Assembly (NCBI GenBank): GCA_034439575.1
Contig: JAWXAQ010000002.1
Location: forward strand, 64,001 to 128,000
Length of the DNA stretch: 64,000 nucleotides
Direction of reading: 5' to 3'
DNA from: Leptospira sp.
Lineage (GTDB): Bacteria; Spirochaetota; Leptospiria; Leptospirales; Leptospiraceae
The translations under genes were made by a program, and so were the position numbers. Under the pieces are notes generated by a model. It searched no databases and was not told where the DNA came from. It was given only the letters and a program-made list of their open reading frames with translations. Below are positions 1 through 10,474 of the stretch, piece after piece (the stretch's first letter is position 1; every line of letters starts with the position of its first letter).

Positions 1-140
1 GCCCCCAAAAGCGTCACGTAACCAGAATCGATCCACTTTTGTACAGTTGACCTTGATAGATCGTCTCCCGCATTTTCCTTCAAAAAGACGTCGAGGCGAG
101 AATCTTGGTAATCATCAGAAACGGTAATATTTATTTGCAT
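1..140 (-). CDS. RluA/RluD-family pseudouridine synthase, N-terminal S4 domain (partial, runs off the window)
   Basis: Manual translation from the ATG at 140 gives MQINITVSDDYQDSRLDVFLKENAGDDLSRSTVQKWIDSGYVTLLG, with the RLDxFL...SRS.vqkwI..G.V pattern of an S4 domain. Confidence 0.75.
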   Translation of the reverse strand, partial: MQINITVSDDYQDSRLDVFLKENAGDDLSRSTVQKWIDSGYVTLLG

Positions 141-199
141 TTTCGGTTGTTATCTAGTGAAAAGAACTAAACTATGGATACTATAAGGTAGGTCAACTG

Positions 200-769
200 A
201 TGAAAAAGGCAATTCTTTCTAAACTTGCAATCATCGCTGGTATTTCTCTCATAATCGTAAATTGTTCTTCAGCAGAAACAAAAACGGCAGAGCCAGCAAA
301 AGATACTACATCCACTACTAGTACTGATACCGTGGCTTCACGTGATATGAGCTTGGTTATGTTGGATGAAGTAAACACAGCTCTAAAGGATTATAGATAT
401 CCAGACGGAACTCGTAAAAGAGGATTCGCTTACAAACAAGCGGACATTCAAAAAGAAGATTTTAATACTTGGGCAAAAGATAACGTTGCTTATATTAAAG
501 AAGCACTCAACAAACTTCCACCAGAATACGCATTGCAAATCATTGGACACGCGGATGCATCTGGACCAGAAGAGGCAGAAGGTTCTAAAAAAGGAAACGC
601 ATTTTACTCTCAACTTCGTTCAGACGCTGTCAAAGAAGCTTTAGTAAAACAAGGTGTTCCTGGTGATCGCATTGTAACTAAAGGCGCTGGTTCTTCGGCT
701 CCTATTTCTGGATTTTCAGAAACAGATGCGATCAACAGAAGAGTGACTTTTCAAGTTGTAGCTAAATAA
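200..769 (+). CDS. loa22: OmpA-family peptidoglycan-binding lipoprotein Loa22
   Basis: Lipobox IVNC; OmpA_C motifs IIGHAD, S.LRSDAVK.AL and NRRVTF; YRYPDG..RGF segment typical of Leptospira Loa22. Confidence 0.92.
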   Translation: MKKAILSKLAIIAGISLIIVNCSSAETKTAEPAKDTTSTTSTDTVASRDMSLVMLDEVNTALKDYRYPDGTRKRGFAYKQADIQKEDFNTWAKDNVAYIKEALNKLPPEYALQIIGHADASGPEEAEGSKKGNAFYSQLRSDAVKEALVKQGVPGDRIVTKGAGSSAPISGFSETDAINRRVTFQVVAK

Positions 770-796
770 ATTATTTTTAATTGCACTTGTTTAATG

Positions 797-829
797 AAGG
801 CTCACCATTTTATGGTGGGCTTTTTTTTT
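797..829 (+). terminator. Rho-independent terminator of loa22
   Basis: Hairpin AAGGCTCACCAT-ttt-ATGGTGGGCTTT running into a T9 tract. Confidence 0.85.
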
Positions 830-858
830 GTTAATAACATTTCTAATTAGGAGTTTTC

Positions 859-1425
859 ATGTTTTCCAAAACCAAAATCATTCTCTCTATCGTTTTCTTT
901 TTAAACCTAACAGGATTTATTTCTATATATGCAAATAAAAATTGTGATGTATTAGCTTATGCGTCTGATACAGATCCCAATGGTGTGAATTTGCGAGAAT
1001 CAGCAAAAGGGAAAGTTCTGACAAGCATCCCAGATGGAAGTCATATCAGTATAACAGCGGCTAAAGATGGATGGTTCCAAATAAAAAGTTTTGAATATAT
1101 GGTTGAAACAGATGCTGAAAAAAAAATGGCAAAGTCAAAAAAGCATAAACTAGATGCGGAAGAATCAAATGTTAATGTAGAAAATTACAAGGCTTGGATT
1201 CATGGAAGCCGTGTTAGTATTCATTTTTCAGGTTGGTGGCCAGAAGTCACTATGCACACAGCGCCCAATGAAAAATCAAAAGTCTTATTCAAATTTACAA
1301 ACGAACAATACTCAAAACCAACACAAATAATCAGTTGTGAAGGAAAATGGTTTCAAGTGAAGGTGAATGGAAAAGTTGGTTGGGTAGATAAATTCTGTTA
1401 CTCAAGCAGAACAAATTGTTCTTAA
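859..1425 (+). CDS. Secreted protein with two bacterial SH3-like domains
   Basis: Signal peptide; D.D.NGVNLRE...GWFQI and C.GKWFQV.V.GKVGWV SH3b-like motifs; SD GGAG upstream. Confidence 0.7.
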   Translation: MFSKTKIILSIVFFLNLTGFISIYANKNCDVLAYASDTDPNGVNLRESAKGKVLTSIPDGSHISITAAKDGWFQIKSFEYMVETDAEKKMAKSKKHKLDAEESNVNVENYKAWIHGSRVSIHFSGWWPEVTMHTAPNEKSKVLFKFTNEQYSKPTQIISCEGKWFQVKVNGKVGWVDKFCYSSRTNCS

Positions 1426-1465
1426 AATGGATTAAAAAATTCTGAAATATAATTCCTAATTATTC

Positions 1466-2212
1466 ATGAAATCTTTATTTATATTTCTCTTACAACCGAT
1501 GTTCCTCATTTTTCTGTTTATAAATTGTTCTAGTGGAAAATTCGTTACTGCCGCTTCCAAAGGACAATTGGAAACAATGAAAACATTGTTAGCTGACAAT
1601 CCTAATATCGACCATCAAATTTCTCTTGGACAAACTGCATTAATTTTAGCTTCAAAAAATGGATATAAAAATGTCGTTCAGTTTTTGATCTCACATAATG
1701 CAAATTTGAATATTCAAGATAAGAACGGTAATACGGCATTACATTATGCTTGTATAGAGGAATTCCCAGAAATTGTAGAGTTACTTATTAATAACAATGC
1801 TTTATTAGATATTAAAAATAAAGAAGGCGAGACTCCAATATATTTAGCAAGTTATTCTGGAAATTTAAAAATCTTGGACTCATTACTTTCTAAAAAAGCA
1901 AATCCAAACATAAGCAATTTAAATCAAAACAGTCCTCTGATGATTGCAATTGATAGGGGATTTATTAATATAGTAAATCAACTAATCATTGCTAATGCTG
2001 ATAAAAATGCTTTCAATAATGAAGACCTCTCACCATTGTTTCTAGCCATAAAATCGGCAAGAATTGATATTTTTCAAACTTTATTGAATTCGGGGGCAGA
2101 TCCAACAATAAAAAACAAACTAAATTATGATGTCATACTTTTCGCTAGTTATTATGGCGAAAGAGAAATGATGGTTTATTTACTCGATCATCTTAGGAAA
2201 CAAAAAAAATGA
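1466..2212 (+). CDS. Ankyrin-repeat lipoprotein
   Basis: Lipobox FINC; repeated G.TALxxA...G...iv..Ll...a..n ankyrin units. Confidence 0.88.
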   Translation: MKSLFIFLLQPMFLIFLFINCSSGKFVTAASKGQLETMKTLLADNPNIDHQISLGQTALILASKNGYKNVVQFLISHNANLNIQDKNGNTALHYACIEEFPEIVELLINNNALLDIKNKEGETPIYLASYSGNLKILDSLLSKKANPNISNLNQNSPLMIAIDRGFINIVNQLIIANADKNAFNNEDLSPLFLAIKSARIDIFQTLLNSGADPTIKNKLNYDVILFASYYGEREMMVYLLDHLRKQKK

Positions 2213-3399
2213 TTCATAGAAATCTTCCTTTGGTAAGACTCATAAAATTAGTCATTAGTTTTATCATTATATTCTTGTTAAATGATTGTGCTCAATATGT
2301 TGTTCGCGGAGCTATACCCTTAGGTAATGAGAATTTATTAAGAAAATATTTATATCGAGATATAGATATCAATCATCAAGATCCACTCGGAGATACAATA
2401 CTAATGATGGCTACTTCTGCGGGAAGAATCGAAATGGTAACAGAAATTCTAAAACACAATCCTGATTTAGAAAAAATTAACAACTTAGGAGAAACTGCAC
2501 TATATATAGCTGCTTGCCAAGGCCGTGATGAAATAATCAAAAAATTATTGGAAGCTAAGGCAAATGTAGATGCAAAAAATTATGAGTCAATGACTCCCCT
2601 TTATTGTGCCTCACGAAGAAATCACCTTACAACGGTAAAACTTTTGATCGAAAACAAGGCGGATATAAATTCGAGAGATAAATTTGGGATTACTCCTTTA
2701 ATGATAGCAGCTAACAATGGTAGCTTTTGGGCGCTTAGGGAATTAATTTCATATGGCGCCGATAAAAATTTAAAAAGTAATTTAGAATGGACTGCCCTTA
2801 CACTCGCCATTGATAGAGAAAAAGAAGAAATAATCACAGAATTAATAAATGAAAAAGCGGATCTGGAAATACGTGATAAGTATGAAAGAACACCTTTGAT
2901 TGATGCAGCCAAAAAAGGGAATCTAAATATTCTTAAATTACTCATTAAAGGTAAGGCAAATTTAAATGTAGTTACATCTACAAAGCAAACTCCTTTATTT
3001 TATGCAATATGGAAAAATAAATTAAATGCAGTCGAATATTTAGTTTCGATTGGTAGTCAGTTGGAGCATAAAGATATTTATGGTCGAACTCCACTCATGT
3101 TTGCTTGTGAAAGAAATCATCCAGAAATTGTAGAATTTCTGATTAAACAAAAAGTTAACTTAAATACAACCGATCGTTTCAATCGTACACCATTAATAGC
3201 TGCGGTAATCGCACAGAGCCCAAAAATTGTAGAGATGTTGCTTTCTTATAAAGTGAATGCAAATGTTGTTACAAATTATAAAATGACTGCTCTTTCCTAT
3301 GCTAGAAATATTAAAAATAATAAAATTATTTCATTGCTGGAAAATGTTAGTGCTAAGGAAATTAAAGAAAGTGAATCATTGATCAGAATCCATGATTAA
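2209..3399 (+). CDS. Ankyrin-repeat lipoprotein (about 10 repeats)
   Basis: ATGA overlap with the upstream gene; lipobox LNDC; many G.TPLxxA repeats. Confidence 0.88.
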   Translation: MIHRNLPLVRLIKLVISFIIIFLLNDCAQYVVRGAIPLGNENLLRKYLYRDIDINHQDPLGDTILMMATSAGRIEMVTEILKHNPDLEKINNLGETALYIAACQGRDEIIKKLLEAKANVDAKNYESMTPLYCASRRNHLTTVKLLIENKADINSRDKFGITPLMIAANNGSFWALRELISYGADKNLKSNLEWTALTLAIDREKEEIITELINEKADLEIRDKYERTPLIDAAKKGNLNILKLLIKGKANLNVVTSTKQTPLFYAIWKNKLNAVEYLVSIGSQLEHKDIYGRTPLMFACERNHPEIVEFLIKQKVNLNTTDRFNRTPLIAAVIAQSPKIVEMLLSYKVNANVVTNYKMTALSYARNIKNNKIISLLENVSAKEIKESESLIRIHD

Positions 3400-3444
3400 T
3401 GACTATTTAAATGCAAAGATCCCTTTGGGAAGGTTAAATTTGAA

Positions 3445-4272
3445 ATGAAAATACAAATTCTTATTATACTATCTTTGATCGTAAATTGTGCGTCGTCATC
3501 TTCTGTTAAACTACCGATAGAAGCGAAGGTTGTAGGACAGGGTGGATTATTTCTTCGCGAAGATTGTTCTCAAAAATTTCCGAAAATCACTTTGATTCCA
3601 CAATTTGATAAGGTAACTCTAATTAGCGAAGGTCCGTATGACTTGATTAGTGGCATTTCTGATCGTTGGTATAAGGCACGATATAATAATAAAGAAGGTT
3701 GTTTGTATGGTGGATATCTAAATAAGAATTATCAGAATGTTCCCGCATCTGCTATGTTAAAACTTGACCAAGTAATACAATCTTATAAAGAAAAAAATCA
3801 CAATAAAGCTTTAACTTTTGCAAATGAAGCCATAGAAATTTCACCAGAATATGGCGAAGCATTTCATTGGAGAGGACGTATCCATTACAAATTAGGCCAT
3901 TATGAACAGTGTATTACTGATTATTCAAGCGCCTTACGATCTGTAACAAATAGTATTATGTATAATAATAGAGGAATTTGCAAATCTGCTATTAAAGATT
4001 TCATTGGAGCAAAAAAAGATTTAGAAACAGCATTAAAGTTAGGTGGCGATTCTGATGCAACAACTCTTTCAAACACATGCTATGTGATGGGTATATTGTC
4101 GGAAAATAAAGCTATTGATTTTTGCAATAGAGCCATAGAAACATCGCCAAATAACCCTTATCCCTATTATGAAAGATCTCAAATTAGAAGAAAAATGGGC
4201 TTAACTCAAGCCGCTGACGAAGATTTGGAAACTTATACAAAATTAAAGAAAACGGGCGAATGGGATTATTAA
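3445..4272 (+). CDS. SH3 plus TPR-repeat lipoprotein
   Basis: Lipobox IVNC; GLFLRE...WYK..Y..KEG.LYGGYL SH3b; TPR motifs A...RG...Y.LG.Y..C..DY..A and YNNRG. Confidence 0.8.
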   Translation: MKIQILIILSLIVNCASSSSVKLPIEAKVVGQGGLFLREDCSQKFPKITLIPQFDKVTLISEGPYDLISGISDRWYKARYNNKEGCLYGGYLNKNYQNVPASAMLKLDQVIQSYKEKNHNKALTFANEAIEISPEYGEAFHWRGRIHYKLGHYEQCITDYSSALRSVTNSIMYNNRGICKSAIKDFIGAKKDLETALKLGGDSDATTLSNTCYVMGILSENKAIDFCNRAIETSPNNPYPYYERSQIRRKMGLTQAADEDLETYTKLKKTGEWDY

Positions 4273-4354
4273 AATTTATATCAAATTCTGAAATTTGTAT
4301 TATATTTACTTACATTCATTTTTTGATCGCTAAAATTAATTATTTTTTCAATTA

Positions 4355-5734
4355 TCAAACCATCTCTTCCGGCTTTACCCAAGTATCAAATTGTTCAGCT
4401 GTTAAGAAACCTAGTTTGATACCTGCTTCTTTTAAGGTGGTACGCTCCTTATGTGCCGCCTTGGCTATCTTTGCCGCCTTATCATAACCGATATTGGGAT
4501 TCAGAGCTGTCACTAACATCAGGGAATTGTTTAAATTCGAATTGATTTTTTCTAAATTTGGTTCAATTCCTCGGACACAATATTTTTCAAAAGATAACAT
4601 CGAATCGGCGAGAAGCCGAATAGAATTTAAGACGTTGAAAACCATCATAGGTTTATAGACATTGAGTTCAAAATTCCCTGATGCTCCGCCAATATTGACT
4701 GCCACATCATTTCCTATTACTTGGGCGGCAACCATTGTCATCGCTTCTGATTGTGTAGGGTTCACCTTACCTGGCATAATAGATGAGCCTGGTTCATTTT
4801 CAGGAATAAAAATTTCACCGATACCACAACGAGGGCCTGAGGCGAGCCATCTAACATCATTTGCAATTTTCATAATTGAAGTGGCTATTGTTTTTAATAC
4901 ACCACTGACTTCTACAAGAGAGTCATGTGCAGCCAATGCTTCAAATTTATTTTCGGCTGTGATAAATGGAAGTCCTGTTTCTTTCGCAATATTTGCAGCA
5001 CTTTTTTGAGAAAAATCTGGATGCGTATTCAGGCCAGTCCCAACTGCCGTTCCACCTAGCGCCAAACGATACAATGAAGGTAATGAATTTTCGATTCGTT
5101 TGATTCCATAAGTTAACTGCTGTGTGTATCCGGAAAATTCCTGACCAAGTGTGAGGGGTGTCGCATCTTGTAAATGAGTTCTGCCAATTTTAACGATACC
5201 TTTAAAGTCCTCAGATTTTTTTGCGAAGGTATCACGCAGAATTTTTATAGCTGGCAATAATTTATTTACTAATTGTTCCGCACAAGCAATGTGCATGGCA
5301 GTAGGGAAGGCGTCATTTGAACTTTGGCCATGATTTACATCGTCATTGGGATGGATGGGATTTTTTGAACCCATCACACCACCTGCCAATTCTATGGCGC
5401 GGTTGGAAATCACTTCATTGGCATTCATATTTGTTTGTGTTCCAGAACCCGTTTGCCAAATAACGAGTGGAAAATGATCATCCAATTGCCCTGAGATCAC
5501 TTCTTCTGTTGCGAGTAAAATTAGTTTTTTTTTCTCTTCGCTCAGAACACCTAACTCAAAATTAACAATTGCGGCACATTTTTTTAAAATCCCTAAAGCT
5601 CGGATCATTTCTCTCGGAAATCGTTCGCCACCTATTTTGAAATGATGTAACGAACGTTCTGTTTGCGCACCCCAATAACGGCTTGATTCCACTTCGATCT
5701 CACCCATTGAATCTGATTCTTTTCTCGTATTCAT
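4355..5734 (-). CDS. fumC: Class II fumarate hydratase
   Basis: [15 protein letters not shown] signature; [22 protein letters not shown]. Confidence 0.97.
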   Translation of the reverse strand: MNTRKESDSMGEIEVESSRYWGAQTERSLHHFKIGGERFPREMIRALGILKKCAAIVNFELGVLSEEKKKLILLATEEVISGQLDDHFPLVIWQTGSGTQTNMNANEVISNRAIELAGGVMGSKNPIHPNDDVNHGQSSNDAFPTAMHIACAEQLVNKLLPAIKILRDTFAKKSEDFKGIVKIGRTHLQDATPLTLGQEFSGYTQQLTYGIKRIENSLPSLYRLALGGTAVGTGLNTHPDFSQKSAANIAKETGLPFITAENKFEALAAHDSLVEVSGVLKTIATSIMKIANDVRWLASGPRCGIGEIFIPENEPGSSIMPGKVNPTQSEAMTMVAAQVIGNDVAVNIGGASGNFELNVYKPMMVFNVLNSIRLLADSMLSFEKYCVRGIEPNLEKINSNLNNSLMLVTALNPNIGYDKAAKIAKAAHKERTTLKEAGIKLGFLTAEQFDTWVKPEEMV

Positions 5735-5804
5735 AAAAAATTTCCTTAATTGAAAACCAATTTCTACATTAATTTTTCAATGCCCATTTGCAAGTTTAAA
5801 GATA

Positions 5805-5883
5805 GGGCGCCTCGCTATGCTACCGGGCTATCCGCTCCAATCTTTCTCTAACGAGAAAGGATTTCCGCTTCTATCCCTGGCGC
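5805..5883 (+). ncRNA. Flavo-1-like structured RNA / intergenic repeat, copy 1
   Basis: GC-rich island GGGCGCCTCGC...CGGGCTATCCGCTCCAATCTTTCTC-taac-GAGAAAGGATTTCCGCTTCTATCCCTGGCGC with a second copy at 12745; matches my recollection of the Flavo-1 motif. Confidence 0.65.
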
Positions 5884-6527
5884 ATATTTTCAAATTGTAT
5901 TTATTACTAAAACCAAATCATTCAGTATCTATTCGAATTTATATGAAAGAAAAAATTGAACAAAATGTAAATGTGACTTCATTTAGTATGAAAAGATTCG
6001 AAAAGTTGTTTTAGAAATTTTTAAACATTTCACTTTTATTTTCAATTTTATTAATCGTATTATTTACTCTCAATTTGATTATCCATAGTTAAGTAAGTCA
6101 AGAACTAACAATTGCTATATATTTTCTTCGAAAAAATTGGGCACTCAAACTCAAGAAATGACAAAAAATTTGAGATATCTTTTGTACGGAATTCAAGAAG
6201 TCGCAGGTAGGGCAAACAACTTTACAAATTATTTAGTAGATATGCAAAGACAGGTAGAACACTTAGGACAACTGATTTCGAAATTTTGTCTGTCATTAAA
6301 TTTGCCATGGTTTTCAAAATAGGCAGTACTTGTACTAGCGAATGATTATAAAAAAATTTTCCACTATCGAAAGTTAAAATTTATTTTTTCCTCCCGACAT
6401 AATCAATAAAACTTACAAATAAAAAATCGTCGAATTTACTGTGAAAAATCGAGTATTTGGGAAATACGAGCCAAGGCTCTCAATATCTAGTCTCAAAAAT
6501 ACGAAAATATATACAGTACCGTGTAAT

Positions 6528-8333
6528 ATGTTGAAAAATATTTATTATCTTCCTTTTTTAATTATTTTTACAACCCATTGTATGTTTATCCCTTTGGTTT
6601 CGCCTTCCTCTAGTGGAAATGGGAATGATTTACTACCGTTAGTTGGGCTTACTATGTCATCGGGATCAAATACTTTCAAAGTAGAATCGGTCGTTCCTGA
6701 AGAAGGATCTACAGATGTTAAGATCAATACTGCAGTTCAAATTGAGTTCTCTGAGGTACCTATAGATTTTTCAACTGAAGATGAATATCTATTGGTCAAA
6801 GTGGATGATATTATCATCGACGGAAGTTTTAATAAAAAAAATAGATTTATCACATTTATACCGTCTAACAATCTACTAAAGAATAGTACACATGAAATTG
6901 TCGTATCACCAGCACTTATCGATAAATCAGGAAAATCTATAGAAAACGAATTTAGATCAAAATTCATTACTCAAGACATTCCGGATATAATTGCACCTAC
7001 TATAACATCTGTTCTTCCGAATATAAATGCGACGAATGTTTCATTAAACTCACCAATCTCTATTAATTTTTCGGAATCCGTCTTATCAAGTTCCATTGAT
7101 TCAAATGCTGTCTCTGTTTCCATCAATGGTTCGGCAATTGCTGGAAGTACAACCTTATCTGGTCAATCAACAATCCTTTTCATACCGAATACGAATTGGC
7201 CATCGTATGCTTTGGTTTCTGTTACCGTTAATACGTCAGTTAAGGATTTATCTTCGAATCCACTTGCCTCAGCTTATAATTTTACATTCAGGACTGTAGA
7301 TGTTGGCACTGTATCGATTTTTGCTGGATCTGATATAGGTGTATCTGGAAATGTTAGTGGTACAGGAACCGCAGCGAGATTCCAGAATCCTAGTTATTTA
7401 ACAGCTGATAATACGGGAAATATTTATGTAACAGACACTAATAATTGTTCTGTGAAAAAAATAACGAATGCAGGTGTAGTTTCTTTTTTTGCCGGATCAA
7501 ATGCAGGATTATGTGGTTATGTGAACAATGCAAGTGGATTGCTGAGTCGGTTTAATTTTCCCCAAGGGATAGCTATCAATCCCGCGAATACTCAACTTTT
7601 TTTGACGGACAAATTCACTCATACGATTAGAAGAATTTTAACTACAACTACATTTACTGTATCTACAAATAACGGAAATAATGCGAGTGCGAATACAAAT
7701 GGATCGGGAACAACTTCTAGGTTTTCCTATCCTGAAGGTATAAGTATAGATTCAAGCGGAATTATCTATGTCTCTGATACGAACAATTGTTCCATACGAA
7801 AAATTTCTGGAACGACCGCAAGCACCTTGGCAGGTACTGCACCAGCTTCTATAGGAGTATGTGGTTATGTAAATGCAACTGGTGCGACGGCAAGATTTCA
7901 ACTCCCTAAAGGTGTCGCCGTGGATGCATCTGGAAATGTGTTTGTTGCAGATTCAGGAAATTGTGCCATTCGGAAAGTTACTGCCGCAGGTGTTACGACA
8001 ACGTTAGCTGGCCCACTAATAGCCGGAAATTGTGGATATGCAGATGGCACAGGAACGGATGCTCGATTCAATAATCCGCAAGGTATTGTGATCGATCCAA
8101 TGGGCAATTTATATGTTACAGATACTGGTAATTGTGCGATTCGTAAAATTACTTCGGCTGGTGTCGTGAGTACATTTTCAGGCTCTGCACCTCCAAATGT
8201 GATTTGTGGAAATGTAAATTCCACACTTCTTGCATCTAGATTTAATAATCCCAAAGGTATCACAAGAGATGCAAGTGGAAACTTATATATTACAGATACT
8301 CTAAATCATTCCATAAAGTTGATCGTGCCTTAA
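6528..8333 (+). CDS. Surface lipoprotein with two Big_5 Ig-like domains and an NHL-repeat beta-propeller
   Basis: The ATG at 6528 gives signal MLKNIYYLPFLIIFTTHC; P..g...V..N..I.I.FSE Ig units; six ARFN.P.GI..D..GN.YV.D..N..IRK NHL-type blades. Confidence 0.85.
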   Translation: MLKNIYYLPFLIIFTTHCMFIPLVSPSSSGNGNDLLPLVGLTMSSGSNTFKVESVVPEEGSTDVKINTAVQIEFSEVPIDFSTEDEYLLVKVDDIIIDGSFNKKNRFITFIPSNNLLKNSTHEIVVSPALIDKSGKSIENEFRSKFITQDIPDIIAPTITSVLPNINATNVSLNSPISINFSESVLSSSIDSNAVSVSINGSAIAGSTTLSGQSTILFIPNTNWPSYALVSVTVNTSVKDLSSNPLASAYNFTFRTVDVGTVSIFAGSDIGVSGNVSGTGTAARFQNPSYLTADNTGNIYVTDTNNCSVKKITNAGVVSFFAGSNAGLCGYVNNASGLLSRFNFPQGIAINPANTQLFLTDKFTHTIRRILTTTTFTVSTNNGNNASANTNGSGTTSRFSYPEGISIDSSGIIYVSDTNNCSIRKISGTTASTLAGTAPASIGVCGYVNATGATARFQLPKGVAVDASGNVFVADSGNCAIRKVTAAGVTTTLAGPLIAGNCGYADGTGTDARFNNPQGIVIDPMGNLYVTDTGNCAIRKITSAGVVSTFSGSAPPNVICGNVNSTLLASRFNNPKGITRDASGNLYITDTLNHSIKLIVP

Positions 8334-8702
8334 TTATTTATTTGATTCATTATTTGTTGTAGGATCCACATTACAATCTTCTACAATCCAGGTTTTTCTA
8401 GTTAAAGAAATTGTAGAGCCACCTAATGCACTGATTGCGCCATCTAACCATGTAGTTTTTTGAAATAATTTGTAACTTTTATTTTTTGCTGGAAACAATT
8501 CCTTTTCATCCAGTTTGTTTATCGGGTAACTTCCCCAAAATAAATACCATTGCGGATAAATTCTCTCTCCGTTACATTTTTTCTCCCAACCTTCTAACAT
8601 TATGGCATGATCCGCATATGGACTTTGAAATCTATGTGTTGTGCAATGATTGATAACTAAAAATAAAATTAAGTAAGCGAATGATTTCGAAATTCTTTTC
8701 AT
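8334..8702 (-). CDS. Small Bor/Iss-like lipoprotein
   Basis: Lipobox INHC; QWYLFWG..P...TWLD.AIS.LGG...SLT..T..V..C pattern like Bor-family lipoproteins. Confidence 0.55.
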   Translation of the reverse strand: MKRISKSFAYLILFLVINHCTTHRFQSPYADHAIMLEGWEKKCNGERIYPQWYLFWGSYPINKLDEKELFPAKNKSYKLFQKTTWLDGAISALGGSTISLTRKTWIVEDCNVDPTTNNESNK

Positions 8703-8814
8703 ATTGTGTATAAAATTTACAAAGATATAATTTACCGCAAAGAAAAAATTATTAAAAATGGTTTTACTAATGGAGAATAAATAAAGAGCATAGATTCAAC
8801 ATTTAGAGGTCATT

Positions 8815-10431
8815 ATGCCAGAGTTTTTTTATACCGATCCCTTCCCATTGGGAGAAGATACAACCCCATATAAATTGCTAACCAAGGATTTTGTAAGTAC
8901 GGTTCCATTCGGTGACAAAGAAATTCTAAAGGTTGAACCAGAAGGTCTTACTTACCTTTCCCAAAAAGCCATGGAAGACATCGCCTTTTATTTGCGACCA
9001 GGCCATTTACAAAAAGTTAGAAATATTTTGGATGATCCAGAAGCAACGGAAAACGATCGATTTGTGGCCATGGCACTTTTAAAAAATGCAGTGATAGCAT
9101 CTGATAAACAGCTTCCTTCCTGCCAAGATACAGGGACAGGCATCGTTGTGGCAAAGAAAGGTGAATATGTGATTACTGGCGGAGACGATGCCGAGGCACT
9201 CTCACTCGGAATATATAATACTTATGTAGATCGTAACCTACGTTATTCGCAAGTGGTTCCATTAAGTATGTATGAAGAAACAAATTCTGGATCCAACTTA
9301 CCAGCGCAAGTTGATATATATTCAGTTCCCGGAAATAAGTATAGTTTTTTATTTATGGCAAAAGGTGGCGGATCAGCTAACAAAACATATCTTTACCAAG
9401 AAACAAAGGCTTTACTGAACCCAGCATCGCTTGAAAAATTCATTTCAGAGAAAGTCGCAGGTCTTGGAACTTCTGCTTGCCCTCCGTATCATATAGCAGT
9501 TGTTATCGGTGGAACATCAGCAGAAATGAATCTCAAAACCGTTAAACTAGCATCGGCTGGTTATTTAGATCATTTGCCTACAAAAGGAAACAAACAGGGT
9601 GTAGCTTTTCGAGATTTAGAATTGGAAGAGAAAATGTTAAAGGCGGCTCAAAAATCAGGGATCGGTGCTCAGTTCGGTGGTAAGTATTTAGCACATGACT
9701 TCCGAATCATTCGGCTTCCAAGACACGGAGCATCTTGTCCCGTTGGACTCGGCCTTAGTTGTAGTGCGGATCGTAATTTAAAAGCTAAAATCACTAAGGA
9801 CGGCATCTTTATCGAAGAATTAGAATACGATCCAGCGAAATTTTTACCAACGATAGAAGAAACAGATGCTAGTAACGAAGCAGTTCATATCAATTTGAAC
9901 CAACCTATGAAAGAGATTCTAAATATTTTAAGTAAACATCCAGTTAAAACAAGAGTTATGCTGTCTGGTAGGTTGGTGGTTGCTCGTGATATTGCCCATG
10001 CTAAACTCAAAGAAAAATTAGATAAAGGCGAAGCTCTACCAGAATATTTCAAAAATCATCCTATCTATTATGCAGGTCCTGCCAAAACTCCAGAAGGCAT
10101 GCCTTCAGGTTCTTTTGGACCGACTACCGCAGGTAGAATGGATAGTTATGTACCTCTATTCCAAGAAAAAGGTTATTCTATGATTTCATTAGCAAAAGGG
10201 AATCGTTCTAAAATTGTCACGGATAGTTGTAAAAAGAACGGTGGCTTCTATTTAGGTTCCATTGGTGGGCCTGCCGCCTTACTCGCAAAAGAAAATATAA
10301 AAAAAGTAGAGGTGTTAGACTATCCTGAACTCGGTATGGAAGCAATCTGGGCGATAGAAGTAGAAAACTTTCCTGCTTTTATCGTAGTTGATGACAAAGG
10401 AAATGATTTCTTTCAGATGTTAACACATTGA
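8815..10431 (+). CDS. fumA: Class I (Fe-S) fumarate hydratase
   Basis: [27 protein letters not shown] and GPTTAGRMD motifs. Confidence 0.95.
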   Translation: MPEFFYTDPFPLGEDTTPYKLLTKDFVSTVPFGDKEILKVEPEGLTYLSQKAMEDIAFYLRPGHLQKVRNILDDPEATENDRFVAMALLKNAVIASDKQLPSCQDTGTGIVVAKKGEYVITGGDDAEALSLGIYNTYVDRNLRYSQVVPLSMYEETNSGSNLPAQVDIYSVPGNKYSFLFMAKGGGSANKTYLYQETKALLNPASLEKFISEKVAGLGTSACPPYHIAVVIGGTSAEMNLKTVKLASAGYLDHLPTKGNKQGVAFRDLELEEKMLKAAQKSGIGAQFGGKYLAHDFRIIRLPRHGASCPVGLGLSCSADRNLKAKITKDGIFIEELEYDPAKFLPTIEETDASNEAVHINLNQPMKEILNILSKHPVKTRVMLSGRLVVARDIAHAKLKEKLDKGEALPEYFKNHPIYYAGPAKTPEGMPSGSFGPTTAGRMDSYVPLFQEKGYSMISLAKGNRSKIVTDSCKKNGGFYLGSIGGPAALLAKENIKKVEVLDYPELGMEAIWAIEVENFPAFIVVDDKGNDFFQMLTH

Positions 10432-10445
10432 AGATTAAGTTTCGA

Positions 10446-10471
10446 AGCTTCCTTTCTTTATAAAGGAAGCT
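10446..10471. terminator. Hairpin between the convergent fumA and EAL genes (probably a bidirectional terminator)
   Basis: Perfect 10-bp stem AGCTTCCTTT-N6-AAAGGAAGCT. Confidence 0.7.
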
Positions 10472-10474
10472 GTT

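Noticed and set aside
1466-3399. Periodic sequence as a CRISPR array or tandem DNA repeat
   Set aside because: The periodicity is at protein level (ankyrin; likewise NHL and Ig repeats elsewhere). There are no identical DNA repeats with spacers and no cas genes.
5817-6014. 65-aa ORF MLPGYPLQS..., and the similar ORF at 12705-12896
   Set aside because: The shared GYPLQSF peptide is only a translation of the repeated structured element; there is no SD or other sign of coding.
6137-6322. 61-aa intergenic ORF
   Set aside because: TTG start, no SD and no recognisable motif; it cannot be supported.
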